Shown one piece after another: positions 37,333 through 51,441 of a stretch of 64,000 nt of DNA; position 1 is the stretch's first letter; every line of letters starts with the position of its first letter. The notes beneath the pieces were generated by a model that ran no database searches, had not been told where the DNA came from, and worked only from the letters and a program-made list of their open reading frames with translations. The DNA comes from a virus. Position numbers and translations under genes: made by a program. The DNA lies in the IMG/VR virus record IMGVR_UViG_3300045125_000158, positions 54,618-118,617 of that record, one strand, 5' to 3'.

Positions 37333-40300
37333 TTATGTTACTATATCACTTACAATTGGCAAACTACCACGAGGAACGCCACCAAACGCAAATCCACCAA
37401 ATAAACTTGCTCCGTTTGCCGAGTTTAATGGATTTGCTGCCGAGTATTGATCCGATCCAGCTGTTGGAGTTGCGTTGCCTGTATAATCATACGCCTCTGG
37501 TCGCGGTATACGACGATATTCGTGGAATGTTGTGAGTTTAGTAAAATCTACATCAATTGACCAGGCAGTATTACCTCTATATTTAGTGATACCGATACAA
37601 ACTGGATGCACGTTATACGTATATTCTGGTGTGCTAAATATAATCTCAGTGCCTAAATATTTGTTGTTTACAAAAAATCAACATCAAATGCAGTATCAGC
37701 TCTCGATTTGACTATCATTTTGAGATGCATCCATTCACCCGCTGTAATTGCAGATGTACCACGATTCGAAAATGGTTCAACGGTAACGGATGCTATTCGA
37801 CCACCAGAACCAGCCTGCCAATAATGGTAACTTCCATTGCTAATACCGCCATAACCTTGATATAAAAATCCTACAGCAAACTCACTTGAATCAGCCCCAT
37901 TTGTAAATTCTAGGCCATTGAGAGTTGCAAGATTTCCTTTAGATACTAAAGCTATGGCCCTATATGAAATGCCACAAAAAATTCTAAATCCATCCGGTGA
38001 ATTAGAAGTTGGAGCCAAAACTGGAACACGAACCATGCACTCCCATATTGTACCAGGCTTGAGTTTTATTTGCCCCGTGGCTAGAGTACCGTCAGGCTGT
38101 CCATAAAATATGTAATTATTATCACTTATGCCGGCTCCCGTAGTTATACGAATATATCCTTGAGCCTCGCCGCCATTAGGATCATTTGCTTTTATTGAAC
38201 CACTTGAAACAGAAGTTCGTAGCGTAGCAAAACCAGTGTTACCTATCATTCCAGAGTTATAACTATTTACTGAATTTGCTCCACCTAGGAAATCATCATA
38301 AACGATTGAGACACATGTGGGATCATCGATAACTGCATCATATCCATCAACCAATATCCAACGACCATATTGGTACGCATCTCCATCATAAGCTCCCCTC
38401 ACCAACTTTTGCAGCCCATTGATCATACATAAATGTGAAATAATCCCTAGGCCTCATAAGCATATCAACTCCGTATGGCGTATAAATACGTAAACGCTTA
38501 TCAGTGCATGTAGACGAATTATGCTTAATCAAAACATCATAATTACCAGCATTTTTGATATACACTCTACGACCAGGATAAGCATCATCAAGACCGTGCA
38601 GAATGAATGGTTTTTGATAATTCGAGGCATTCCGTACCGATGGATTTATTTGTATAAAATTATGCTCTGAGCCGCCACTTGACAATCCGAATGCAGGGAT
38701 TGTTGTTGCGTTATCCAATGCAGTTGTACTGACAAATTGTCCATTTGCTATTTGCAAACATGCAGAACCTCTAGCAAATACTTGTCGGAATGCAATATCT
38801 GGTCCGTTAGGAGTATCACAGTTAAGGCTCACTGATGTTGCGGAATCTGGATTTACTGGTGCTGCTCCATTTTTGAAAATTGCCGTATTTTGATAAAACA
38901 TCATCTGTGCAGGGCTGCTTACTTTCATTTGCGCAGAATTATTTAATCCTGTATCAGGCTGATTTTGTGTTGCAACTCCAGTTATATCTTTGAACGCAAC
39001 CGATCCACCGCCACCGCCGCCTGCGCCCCATCCAAACCAACCCGAGAATCCTGAAACAGCAGAAAGAAGAAGGGCTGCGCCGCTATAGCCTGAAGTGGAT
39101 GGCAACGCATATGTATATGAATTTGTGAGTGCTGGAGCTTTAAATGCAACGTAATTTGTACTATTATTAGATGGATGGAATCTTACTTCTGCGTTAGCTC
39201 CATTACTGCCGATTCTTAAAAACCTTGGATCTGCAGTATTATCATAGCTAAGGCCAGCCACGTCTTGGACTACAAAAGTATTACTTGCGTTTCCACTTAC
39301 AAACAGTATGCCAGTATTACTAGCGTTGCTTATCAATGCACCAACACGTAGAACTCCACTGGCACCAGAATAACCACTAAATCCTGAATAACCGCTACGG
39401 CCACTATAACCACTAAATCCTGAATAACCGCTAAAACCAGAATAACCACTAAATCCTGAATAACCGCTACGGCCACTATAACCACTAAATCCTGAATAAC
39501 CGCTAAAACCAGAATAACCACTGAATGATGAATACCCACTGAATCCTGAATAACCGCTGAATCCTGAGTAACCTGAATATCCACTAAATCCAGAATAGCC
39601 GCTAAATCCACTATAACCTGAGTAACCACTGAATCCACTATAACCAGAATATCCACTATATCCAGAGTAACCAGAGAAACTACTATATCCTGAGAAACCA
39701 CTATAACCAGAATAACCACTAAATGATGAATATCCACTGAATCCACTATAACCCGAGTATCCACTGAATCCACTATAACCCGAGTATCCACTGAATCCAC
39801 TATAACCTGAATATCCGCTAAACCCAGAATAACCGCTGAAACCGGAATAACCAGAATAACCACTGAATCCACTATAGCCAGAATAGCCACTAAATCCACT
39901 ATAACCACTATAGGCAGAATAACCACTATATCCACTGAATCCTGAATAGCCACTATAACCGCTTGTGCCACTATTCGCAAAATAACCCAATAAGTTTCAG
40001 TACCTTGACCGCCTGGGAAACTGCTTGTACCGCTTACTGCTGTAAGAGCAATCCATGCTACACCCTGATACACAACTATATCATTTTTGTAATATTGCGT
40101 AGAATCACTCCACACTCCACGTATAGATATACTGTAACCAGAATAACCACTGAAACCAGAATAACCGCTGAAGCCAGAGTAACCGCTATAGCCTGAATAT
40201 CCACTAAAAGACGAGTAACCACTAAAGCCAGAATACCCACTGAAACTTGAATAACCGCTGAATCCAGAGTATCCACTGAATCCGCTATACCCAGAGTATC

Positions 40301-43300
40301 CACTAAATCCACTATAACCGCTATATCCACTAAATCCAGAGTATCCACTAAATCCACTATAACCACTATACCCACTAAATCCACTATAACCGCTATATCC
40401 ACTAAATCCACTATAACCGCTATATCCACTAAATCCGCTATAACCGCTATATCCACTAAATCCGCTATAACCACTATATCCACTGAATGAAGAATAGCCG
40501 CTAAATCCAGAATATCCACTATAACCAGAAAAACCACTATATCCAGACTGACCCTAGCGCCAGTTGCTCCCAGTTGCGCCTTGTTCCGAGAATATTAACC
40601 ATAAAGATTCATTACCAACTGCACCTGGTTCTTTATTTGTGCTTGAAGAAAGTGCTAACCATGCTTTGCCTGTATAAACTACAAGATCGTTAGCGACATA
40701 AGCTGTAACTGAATTCCATGCGCCTTTTGCAGTTAAGCCTGTACCAGGCAGACCACTGTAACCACTGAATCCGCTATAACCGCTCGCACCAATACCTGAA
40801 TAACCACTGAAGCCAGAGTAGCCACTAAATCCACTATAACCGCTGAAGCCACTATAACCACTGAACCCGCTATAGCCGCTAAATGAAGAATAGCCACTGT
40901 ATCCGCTGAAACCACTGTATCCACTGAACCCTGAATAACCTGAATAGCCACTAAATCCACTATATCCACTATATCCACTGAAACCAGAATATCCGCTAAA
41001 CCCCGAGTAGCCACTGTGACCAGAATAGCCGCTAAAACCACTATAGCCACTAAAGCCAGAATATCCGCTAAAGCTACTGTAACCGCTAAATCCAGAATAT
41101 CCACTGTATCCTGAATAACCACTAAATCCAGAATATCCACTATATGCGGAATATCCACTGTATCCAGAATATCCGCTATTGCCAGAGTCGCCCGCTCTGC
41201 TGAATGAAACAACAACAGCTTGATCCGTTAAGAAGTTGCCACCAGCACTCAGTATAGCCGTTACACTAATTCTTATTGAACCACTAGAAGAAACAACATT
41301 TGCACTTGTAATTCTTAATAGCACAAATTGCGATGCTAAGTACGGATTAAACACACGCAAAGTACCTAGATTACCAAGATTAGTTGAAGAAACTAGCGTA
41401 TTAATCCAAGATGATACATCAATAGAATTACTATTAAGAACGTTAATGTAAATATATGCTATATTTGCATATATACTTGTATCAAATGCAATCTTTGTAG
41501 CATCGGCTTTGCTTGTATTAGCTGTGTCAAATAAATATGCTTGGCTATCACCGCCAAACATGCCACCGTAACCACTGTATCCGCTGTAGCCACTAAAGGC
41601 ACTATAACCTGAATATCCGCTAAATCCTGAATAGCCACTATATCCGCTATATCCTGAATATGCACTATATCCAGAGTATCCACTATATCCACTATATCCA
41701 CTGAAACCACATCACATATCCACTATATCCACTATAGCTTGAATAACCAGAATATCCACTGAATCCGCTATATCCTGAATAAGCACTGCGACCACTATAA
41801 CCACTATAAGCAGAATAACCACTATAGCCAGAGAATCCAGAATAACCAGAATCCCCATTTATACCTGAATATCCTGAGAAACCACTATATCCCGATTCTC
41901 CAGCATATCCGCTATAACCACTAAATCCAGAATATCCACTAAACCCACTATAACCACTGTATCCAGAGAACCCACTATATCCAGAATAAGCACTGCGGCC
42001 ACTATATCCACTAAATCCCGAATAACCACTAAATCCCGAATAACCACTGAATCCGGAATAACCACTAAATGATGAATATCCACTAAATCCTGAATATCCG
42101 CTGAAACTCGAATATCCACTAAATCCAGAATATCCACTAAATCCAGAGTAACCACTGAATCCTGAGTAACCACTAAATCCAGAATATCCTGAATATGCAG
42201 AATAGCCACTAAATCCCGAGTAGCCACTAAATGCTGAGTAACCACTAAACCCGCTATATCCACTGAATGAAGAATAACCCGAAAAACCACTAGTACCAGA
42301 GTCTCCAGCGATTCCCTGAGCACCATCTATGCCAGAATATCCACTAAATCCAGAATAGCCACTAAATCCGCTGTAACCACTGTAGCCGCTGAAACTACTG
42401 TATCCACTAAATCCAGAATATCCACTATAACCAGAAAAACCACTATATCCAGACTGACCTTAGCACTCAGTTGCTCCGGCTGCGCCTTGTTCTGAAAATA
42501 TTAACCAGAAAGACTCATTACCAACTGCACCTGGTTCTTTATTCGTGCTTGAAGAAAGTGCTAACCATGCTTTGCCTGTATAAACTACAAGATCGTTAGC
42601 GACATAAGCTGTGGCTGAATTCCATGCGCCTTTTGCAGTTAAGCCTGTACCAGGCAGACCACTGTAACCACTGAATCCGCTATAACCGCTTTCGCCAATA
42701 CCTGAATAACCACTGAAGCCAGAGTAGCCACTAAATCCACTATAACCGCTGAAGCCACTGTAACCAGAATATGCACTGTAACCAGAATAGGCACTATAGC
42801 CAGAATATCCACTAAAGGACGAGTATCCGCTAAATCCGCTGTATCCACTGTATCCTGAATAACCACTAAAGCCACTGTATCCACTGTAGCTGGAATAACC
42901 ACTGTAACCTGAATATCCTGAGTAACCCGAAAACCACTATACCCAGAATATCCAGAAAAACCACTATATCCAGAATATGCTGAGTATCCACTTCTACCAC
43001 TGTAACCAGAATCGCCCGTTCTTACAAAACTAACTTCATATAGATCATATGTATGAGTGCCAGCATTTGCGATATTTGTAACAAATATTGCAAAGTGATT
43101 TGCATATCCCGAAACATCATTAACATTAAAATATGAGAATACTTTATCATCAGCACGTCTTACAAAATGCAAAGTGCCTTTAACAATATTTGTACTCGCA
43201 TTCCAGGTAGCAAGCCAACCAGACACATCTCTAGTCAAGTAATCAGTTCTACTAAGCGTTATTATTGAGGCGGTTAAAAAAGGACCATTCAGTGAAAAAT

Positions 43301-46300
43301 TACCATTTCCAGGATCATTAGAGGGAATAGTAACGCCAGTATCATTGTACGAATACAAACTTGAATTTGCGGCAAAACCTTTATAGCCACTGTAGCCACT
43401 GTAGCCACTGTAGCCACTATATCCACTATAGCCACTGTAGCCACTATAGCCACTATAGCCACTATAGCCAGAATAACCACTATAACCGCTAAATCCAGAA
43501 TAACCACTATAACCGCTAAATCCAGAATAACCACTATAACCACTAAATCCGGAGTAGCCACTATAGCCGCTAAATCCTGAATAACCACTATAACCGCTAA
43601 ATCCGGAGTAGCCGCTAAACCCTGAGTAGCCACTGAATCCTGAATATCCACTGAATCCTGAATATCCACTATAACCTGAATATCCACTATAACCTGAATA
43701 TCCACTATAACTTGAATATCCACTGAACCCAGAGTAACCGCTAAATCCAGAATATCCAGTATAACCCGAGAAGCCACTATATCCGCTAAATCCTGAATAT
43801 CCACTATATCCACTATATCCACTATATCCACTAAAGGCACTATATCCACTAAAGGCACTATATCCACTATATCCACTAAAGGCACTATATCCAGAATATC
43901 CGCTGAATCCGGAATATCCGCTTGCTCCACTTTCGCCAAGGTATCCTGAATAGCCGCTAAATCCTGAATAGCCGCTAAATCCTGAATAGCCGCTAAATCC
44001 TGAATAGCCACTAATACCAGTAGCTCCAGTAGCTCCTTGTTCACTAAATACTAACCAAGGAGTGTCTAGTGCTGGGTTAGGCTCAAAACCGGAACTTGAA
44101 GTTACAGCTAGATACGCTTTGCCCTGCCATACTACAAGATCATTTGCAACATATATTTCACTAGAATTCCACTGCCCTTTAGGATCCAAACCAGTTCCAG
44201 GCAAACCGCTGTACCCGCTAAATCCTGAATAACCACTTGTACCAAAACCAGAATACCCGCTATAACCACTACGACCACTGTAACCTGAATAGCCACTCGA
44301 TCCGATATTACCAGTTCGAGAGAAGCTTACAACTACTTGTTGATCAGTCAAAAGTTGCCACCACTATTCATAACATACGTAACAGACAAACCAATTGACC
44401 CATTAAGCGGACCTACGCTTGTGTTAGAGCTCTTAATTTTTAATAAGACAAAATGCAGCTGAATTATTTTCCGCAAAAATTCTAATCGTTCCAAGGTCAT
44501 TTAGATTTGTTGATCCAAGAAGTGATGTAATCCAGTTAGTAATGTTAACAGAGTTACGATTTATTGGATTGATGTAAAAAGTTGATATAGCAGAATAAAG
44601 AGAACTATCAAAAGATATTCTACCAGAACCACCATCTTTTGTTATTGAAGGCTCGAATAGGAATGGCTGACTATCACCACCAAACAATCCTTGATAACCC
44701 GAATACCCGCTCCTTCCAGAATAACCAGAGTAGCCTGTTCGACCACTATATCCGCTATATCCAGAATAGCCACTGTATGCTGAGTATCCAGAATAACTGC
44801 TATATCCAGAATATCCACTAAATCCGGAATAGCCAGAATAACCGCTAATTCCGCTGTAACCACTTAATCCAGAGCTTCCACTTATGCCTCGCTGCACAAA
44901 TACTGCCCATTTTGCAGGATATGAATTAGGATATTCATCCTGTGTTTCTTGCTTCGCCACGTAAGTTTCTGTACCAAAAGTAACTACATCGTTGGGTTGG
45001 TACATAATACCAAAATCCCATTCATCACGAAAAGTAAAACCAAAGCCCGAATATCCACTAAATCCTGAATATCCACTCCTGCCACTATATCCACTGTATG
45101 CTGAATATCCACTAAAACTAGAGTATCCAGATCTGCCAGAGTAGCCACTGAAGGCACTATAACCACTATAAGCGCTGCGACCTGAATATCCACTATATCC
45201 AGACGATCCAGGACTACCTATAGTTCCTACAAGATTTATTTGCCAACTATAAAAAGTTGGTACAGTGTTACCGTAAAACTGTCCGGGCGATATATATACT
45301 TGTAAAAATCCACTATCTCTGTCATAGGACAATACCTGTCCAATCATGTAATCATTTGCATTAGCAGCAATAATTACCTGTTGACCTACTGAGAAACCAA
45401 GATTGGGATCAACCCAAAATATTTTTGGATTTATGTCGCCATTTACTTCGCCAGGGCTGGTTGATGTTGTAAAGTATCTTTCGCCACCAAAGCCAGAATA
45501 TCCACTCACACCAGAATAACCGCTAGTTCCTCCGCCACCAGCACCACCACCTGTAGACAATACAGCCCAGTCTGATGCGCTAGTATCTCCATTTACATAT
45601 AATATAACGCTACCGTATGCCTCTGTTATCAAAAATTCAACTTCGTTATCTATTAAATTAGCATTCTGCGGTATCATCCTATAAGATGTTGTTCTAATTC
45701 TTATAGGCACAGCCTCGCTAGCTATACCTCTTTCATCTTTGATGATAATGATTTGACCTTGCGATACTTTTTTATAGAAATCTTCTTTTGTACGTCCATC
45801 TTGATTGAAAGCTCTCCAGTTACCTGAGTCTGGGCTTTCACCAGGAGCATTTGTGTCTATAGAATAAAACAATTGATTGTTATAAAGAACCAAATCCCAA
45901 TCTAAATAAGTATTTGCAGAATTATAAACTGGTGGATAATTTTGACCCAATAAATTTGGCAAATAAACAACGTACGAGTCTATACTCGGAATAGCGTTAG
46001 GTAAAGCAAAAATAGTATCATTCGCAAAAAGCCAATAAGTCTGTGTAGGCATATATACTAAGAACCCTTATAAATTAATCTCCAGCGCCTCAAAACCTGT
46101 CTATACTGCAATGCAAAACCAGCGTTTACCTTTAACTGTGTTGGAGTAGTAACTCTCAACAAACCAGAAAATCCACTTATGAAACCTGAATCTCCTGTAA
46201 TCCCAAAATCAATGGTATTCATTGAATCGCTAGTACTTAATCTTAACTTACCATTATTAATTTTTACTAAGTATCCTCCTGCAATATCTTCTTCACTTAT

Positions 46301-49300
46301 AACACTATCGCCCAAAGATGATGAAGTGATAAATTTAGCTATGTAACTTGCTGTGCCCGTTCCCGCAATACCAGCAGGTCCAGCAGGGCCTGTTGGTCCA
46401 GCAGGCCCTGTTGGACCCGTAGCACCAATTCTGCCACTATATCCGCTGAATCCTGAATATCCACTATAAGCAGAACGTCCTGAATACCCACTATAGCCAC
46501 TAAATCCAGAATAACCACTAAATCCGGAATAACCTGAATATGCAGAATAACCACTAAATCCACTGTAACCACTAAACCCACTGTAACCACTAAAAGATGA
46601 ATAGCCGCTAAAACCACTGTATCCACTGTATCCACTGAAAGAAGAATATCCACTAAATCCAGAATAACCACTATAACCACTAAAAGACGAGTATCCACTA
46701 AAACCTGAATATCCACTATAGCCTGAATAGCCAGAAAAAGCTGAATAACCACTAAAGCCGGAATATCCGGAATATCCACTATAACCTGAATATCCAGACC
46801 GACCTGAAACTCCTTGTTCAGAAAATATCTGCCAAAATGCTTCATTTCCAGGAACTCCAGGCTCTTTATTGGTATTTGCATCTGTTGCCAACCACGCATT
46901 ACCAACGTGCACCACAAGATCATTAACCAAATAATTAGTAACACTATTCCAAGACCCTCTAGCCGTAAGACCCGTTCCAGGTGCACCACTGTACCCACTA
47001 AATCCAGAATACCCACTAAATCCAGAATACCCACTAAATCCAGAATACCCACTAAATCCAGAATAGCCTGATCTTCCTGAATAACCAGAGAATCCAGAAT
47101 AACCGCTAAATCCGCTATATCCTGAGAATGCCGAATATCCACTATATCCACTATATCCACTATATCCACTATAACCGCTAAATCCTGAATAACCACTATA
47201 TCCACTAAATGCAGAATAGCCACTAAATCCTGAATATCCACTGAATCCAGAATAGCCACTAAAACCTGAATATCCGCTTCTTCCTGAATATCCACTAAAT
47301 CCAGAATAGCCACTAAATCCAGAATAGCCACTAAATCCAGAATAGCCACTAAATCCTGAATATCCACTGAATCCAGAATAGCCACTAAATCCTGAGTAGC
47401 CAGAAAGACCACTTGTGCCATTAGCTCCATTTTGACCATCTTTGCCAGAAAATCCGCTTATACCACTAGCGCCTGTATTTCCCTGAGCACCTACAGCTCC
47501 CAACAAATTTATTGTCCAACTAGCATAAGGTCCTGAGCCAGATATACCGCTAACTATAGCTGTGATGTTTATCTGCAAACTAGTAGAAGAGTAACTTACA
47601 ACAACACCAGCCATTCTATTTGATATATCATATACGGCTATAACATCTTGGCCCGTTGTGTAACCTAAATTAGCATCAACTATAAATGTTTTATTTCCTG
47701 CTGTAAGGGTAGCAGAGCTACTAGATGTAGTGTTATATCTAGCGCTGCCAATCCCGAATATCCACTATAGCCAGAAAAACTACTATAACCCGAAAAACCA
47801 GAAGCACCAAATCCACTATAGCCACTATACCCACTGAATCCACTAAAACCCGAATAGCCACTAAAACCTGAATATCCGCTTCTTCCTGAATATCCACTAT
47901 AACCTGAAAAACTACTATAACCTGAAAAACCTGAAATACCAGAATATGCAGAATATCCAGAAATCCCTATATATCCGCTGTAGCCCGAGCTACCCGATGT
48001 TCCACTTAAGCCACTTGCGCATAGCTGCACACTAGGTCCAGAATATCCGCTAAATCCAGACGCCCCAGTAGGCCCACTGTAGCCAGAGTATCCGCTTCTA
48101 CCACTATATCCTGAATATCCTGAACGACCTGATACACCCTGAGCGCCTGTAGAGCCAGTTTTTCCACTAAAACCACTGGCTCCGCTATTTCCTGTCTTCG
48201 AATAAGTTACCCATAATTTTTGGCTGCTCGTAAATAAACTACCGTTTGATGCTAAGTGACTAACTATTATAGATGAGTCATTATAATTTTCACCTATAAC
48301 CGTCAAATTACTTACAACTGAAAATGTAACATATTGATTATTATTTTCTTGAGCAAAAATTCTTATTGTACCAGGATTTGTGGTATTTGTTGATGACAAC
48401 AAATCAGTAACCCATGCAGATACATCAGCGCCTTGTTCGTTATACTGATTTATGTAAATTGTTGTAGTAGACGTAAAACTAGCAGCGTTGAAAGCAATTG
48501 AATAATCTTTTGCTTCATTTAACTCAGTTGCAAATAAATATTTCTGACTGTTCGCGCCAGCCTCGCCCTTATAACCACTGTAACCAGATCTTCCGCTATA
48601 CGCACTGTAGCCTGATGTTCCTATATAACCTGAGTAACCACTAATTCCTGAATAAGCAGAATATCCACTATTCCCTGAATATCCGCTATAACCAGAAACG
48701 CCTTCTGGACCAGGAGCTCCATTTAAATTTATATACCACTCAGAATATGTGCCTGAACCGACAATGGTAGTTGCGTTTATAGTCAATACGCCGTTTACAA
48801 CATCGTAATTAGTCACCCCACCAATCATCTTATTCGAATTATTGAAAGCAGCAACGACTTCTTGTCCTATTGAGAAGCCCAAATTTATTGGCACATCATT
48901 GAATGTTTTAGATCCAGCAGACAGAGTTAGGTTTTCTGTTGATTTAGTATAGTAGTTTAAAGCTGGCGCTCCGGAATATCCGCTTCTACCACTATATCCT
49001 GAATACGCACTATATCCGGATATTCCTGAATATGCAGAATAACCTGAAAGCCCTGAATATCCACTATAGCCGCTGAAGCCTGATATACCTGAATAACCAC
49101 TATATCCAGAATATCCACTTCTACCAGAATAACCTGAATAACCACTTAGAACTCCGCCTATCGTGTCCCAGTATAAATTAGCACCATCTGTCTTAAGAAA
49201 ATATCCAGAAAAACCACTTTGTGATGGTAAAACTATTGTTGCAAGATTTACATTGATCCATTTTTTAGATGCAAAATCATAAACAATACCTTGCTTATCT

Positions 49301-49368
49301 TGCAAGCTTACAAAGTTGGTATCAAGAAGCTGTGATAAATAAGATGTTACCCTAATTGCTTGAGGCAT
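37333..49368 (-). CDS. SGY-repeat fibre protein 2 (~4,000 aa) with C-terminal lectin/concanavalin-like domain
   Basis: Starts MPQAIRVTSYLSQLLDTNF...IVYDFASKKWIN. Junctions near 47680, 46055, 44400, 40555, 38400 (GGGG run) and 37670 (T run) read through with 1-2 nt corrections. Long SG(Y/F) tracts, a true GPT/GPA collagen stretch near 46370-46430, repeated spacer domains, C-terminal YDDFLGG...GYIRITTG...WMHLKMIV...SIDVDF beta-sandwich. Confidence 0.7.
39360..49145 (-). repeat. Interrupted (Ser-Gly-Tyr/Phe)n tracts in fibre 2
   Basis: Hundreds of degenerate 9-bp units; the longest tracts exceed 150 aa, e.g. about 39360-39960 and 43385-44010. Confidence 0.95.
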
Positions 49369-49522
49369 TTTTGTTTACTCATATACTAGCACGAATTGCA
49401 GTTACAGTTAAATATATTACTAAAAATTCTAACAAATCTTTTTTCTGTTCGTTTATTTATAATCTTATATTTTAGCTTTTTTTACAAAATCAACATTTAC
49501 AAGAATCGTATTTATACTTTAT

Positions 49523-49552
49523 ACTATAGAAGAAATAAAACATTATTTACAA
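49523..49552 (-). promoter_or_regulatory. Possible sigma70-like promoter upstream of fibre 2
   Basis: TTGTAA-18 nt-TATAGT on the - strand in a ~200-bp very AT-rich intergenic gap; chance matches are likely at this AT content. Confidence 0.3.
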
Positions 49553-49573
49553 GAAAAAATAATAAAATAATTA

Positions 49574-49873
49574 TTAAGGCCTCGTTTCGTGTTCCATAAG
49601 CATGAACATATAATCTTTGATATCCGTATTTACATGCTTGTTGTAAAGAACGGGAAATGTGTCAGCATAATAATTTGGAATGCTGTAGTTGAGAACAAAT
49701 ACTTGATATTCGTCGCAAAGACGATGCTCGTCAATTACTTGGCTACGCTCAACCATCGTGGTGTAATCAATACATTCAACGGTTGCATCATCTACGACTA
49801 CCAATGCTGGAACTTGACCACCGTGCGTGGCTCGATACGTTGCGATACTATTCAATATAGTTTGACTGTTCAT
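49574..49873 (-). CDS. Small hypothetical protein (tip-cassette member)
   Basis: MNSQTILNSIATY start overlaps the upstream TGA (ATGA at 49870-49873). Confidence 0.65.
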   Translation of the reverse strand: MNSQTILNSIATYRATHGGQVPALVVVDDATVECIDYTTMVERSQVIDEHRLCDEYQVFVLNYSIPNYYADTFPVLYNKHVNTDIKDYMFMLMEHETRP

Positions 49874-50998
49874 AATACCCTCGGGTCGATGATGCGATTT
49901 CCCAACAACACCATGCTGTAATGACTGATGGCTACTGCTCGACTTCCGGTAGACCATCCATTGGTTGTGGTATTTTCAAGTGTTGGTTGACATCTTCCAC
50001 CTTGAATACCTTCAAATAAATTACCCCATTCGTTTGGGATTGTGGTTGCTGCAAGATTTTGCTGTCCCGGTGACGACGAGTTGGCACTGTAAGTCAACAC
50101 AACTCGATAACTTTTGCCAGCCTTGAGAACAAATGGTCTCGGGAACCAAACCGCCGATTGATTTCGATTGTCGGTACTGCAACTCACTTGATACAGCGGA
50201 GTGCCACGAGGACCTTGACTACTATCAAAGATTTCTACGCCACTCCATGCTGATGTACTGCCAACGCCCACTCCTCGCACTTCAACATCCGTTTCAAGTT
50301 CGGTGATATACATGCCACGTTTTTGAGTGGTGCTACCCGGTGTACCACCCGAACAATTCACCATACCACGAAATGTTCCGTCGCTAAAACCCAACACGCC
50401 AACAGTACCAGCGACTGTGAGAGTGCCTGCTGTTGCGAAACCGTTAGCAGTTGTGACTTGTCCCCACCATCGGTTTTCTGCTCCACCCAACGTACCCATA
50501 TATCCACCGTTTGTTTGAAACACACGATAATAGTTGGTAGCATTACCTGCTGCATCGCCAACAACAATGTAATAGACTGTGTTGGCAGTCATTGAAACTG
50601 AAGATGTAAATGTCACTCGGTTCCAACTGTTTGCTGTAGGAGTATGAGATTGACTGGTGATGAGCGTACCCGGAAGATTGTTTGTTACTGTTGAATTGCG
50701 AACTTCAATCGTAAGTGCTCCAGTCGGACTTCCAGTATTTGCTCCGGTGCAATACCAGAAATCGGTAAGAACACAATCTTTTTGCGGCATGAACTTTATG
50801 GCTGCGACAGAGCCACTAACTCCGAAACTATAAGCAGTTGTAAGAGTTGCTGGTGACGCTCCGCCCGTACTATAACCGCCAAATACAACGCCATTGTGTG
50901 GCATGTCGTTGAAGTTCATCGTACGAGGCAATCTACCTCGTCGCAGAAACAGTCCGCTATTTACTTTTACCGAACCCGTCGTAATAACCTCGGTTCAT
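49870..50998 (-). CDS. Putative fibre-tip/receptor-binding protein with two jelly-roll-like domains
   Basis: SD AAGGAG before ATG 50998 (MNRGYYDGFGK; one indel joins ORF 49870..50931); AIKFMP...WNRVTFTSSVSMTANTVYYIVV and VWFPRPFVLKAGKSYRVVL beta-sandwich patterns; Gly/Thr-rich. Confidence 0.6.
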
Positions 50999-51007
50999 GG
51001 CGGCTCC

Positions 51008-51426
51008 TTAGAAGTTCATGGCGATGCTTGTCACGTTCCAGACTTCGCTATTATGAGTATTGACTTCAACAACGTCACCGCTTGCCAAAGGAAGACCTTC
51101 GAGGCCATTCACTAGCGTCATGAGAGGTGCGAGATATTGAATTTCAGCACTTGCAAGCGTGCCCGATGGGGTGACAGCGGCTGTAGTCACCTCACCCATC
51201 AAACGACGAGTACCACCCGATGGAGTAAGCCAAAAACGAACCATTCCTGCGGTTGTGGTTCCGGTGGCTTTGCATTTGCTCCAACAAAAATTCCGCCGTC
51301 TGTGCCTGCCGTATAGAGCGTCGTGAGTTGGCTTGGGGCTGTAAGAGACGTACTGCCAGTGCCAGTTGTAGCAACAGCATTTGTTTTTGGTGTAAGACCG
51401 AATATTGGACTTGTATTTGCTGCCAT
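51008..51426 (-). CDS. Putative fibre adaptor protein
   Basis: MAANTSPIFGLTP...LYTAGTDG joined to MVRFWLT...RRLMGEV...LPLASGDVVEV; SD AAAGGA; immediately follows fibre 1. Confidence 0.6.
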
Positions 51427-51441
51427 GTTTGTTTTCCTTTA

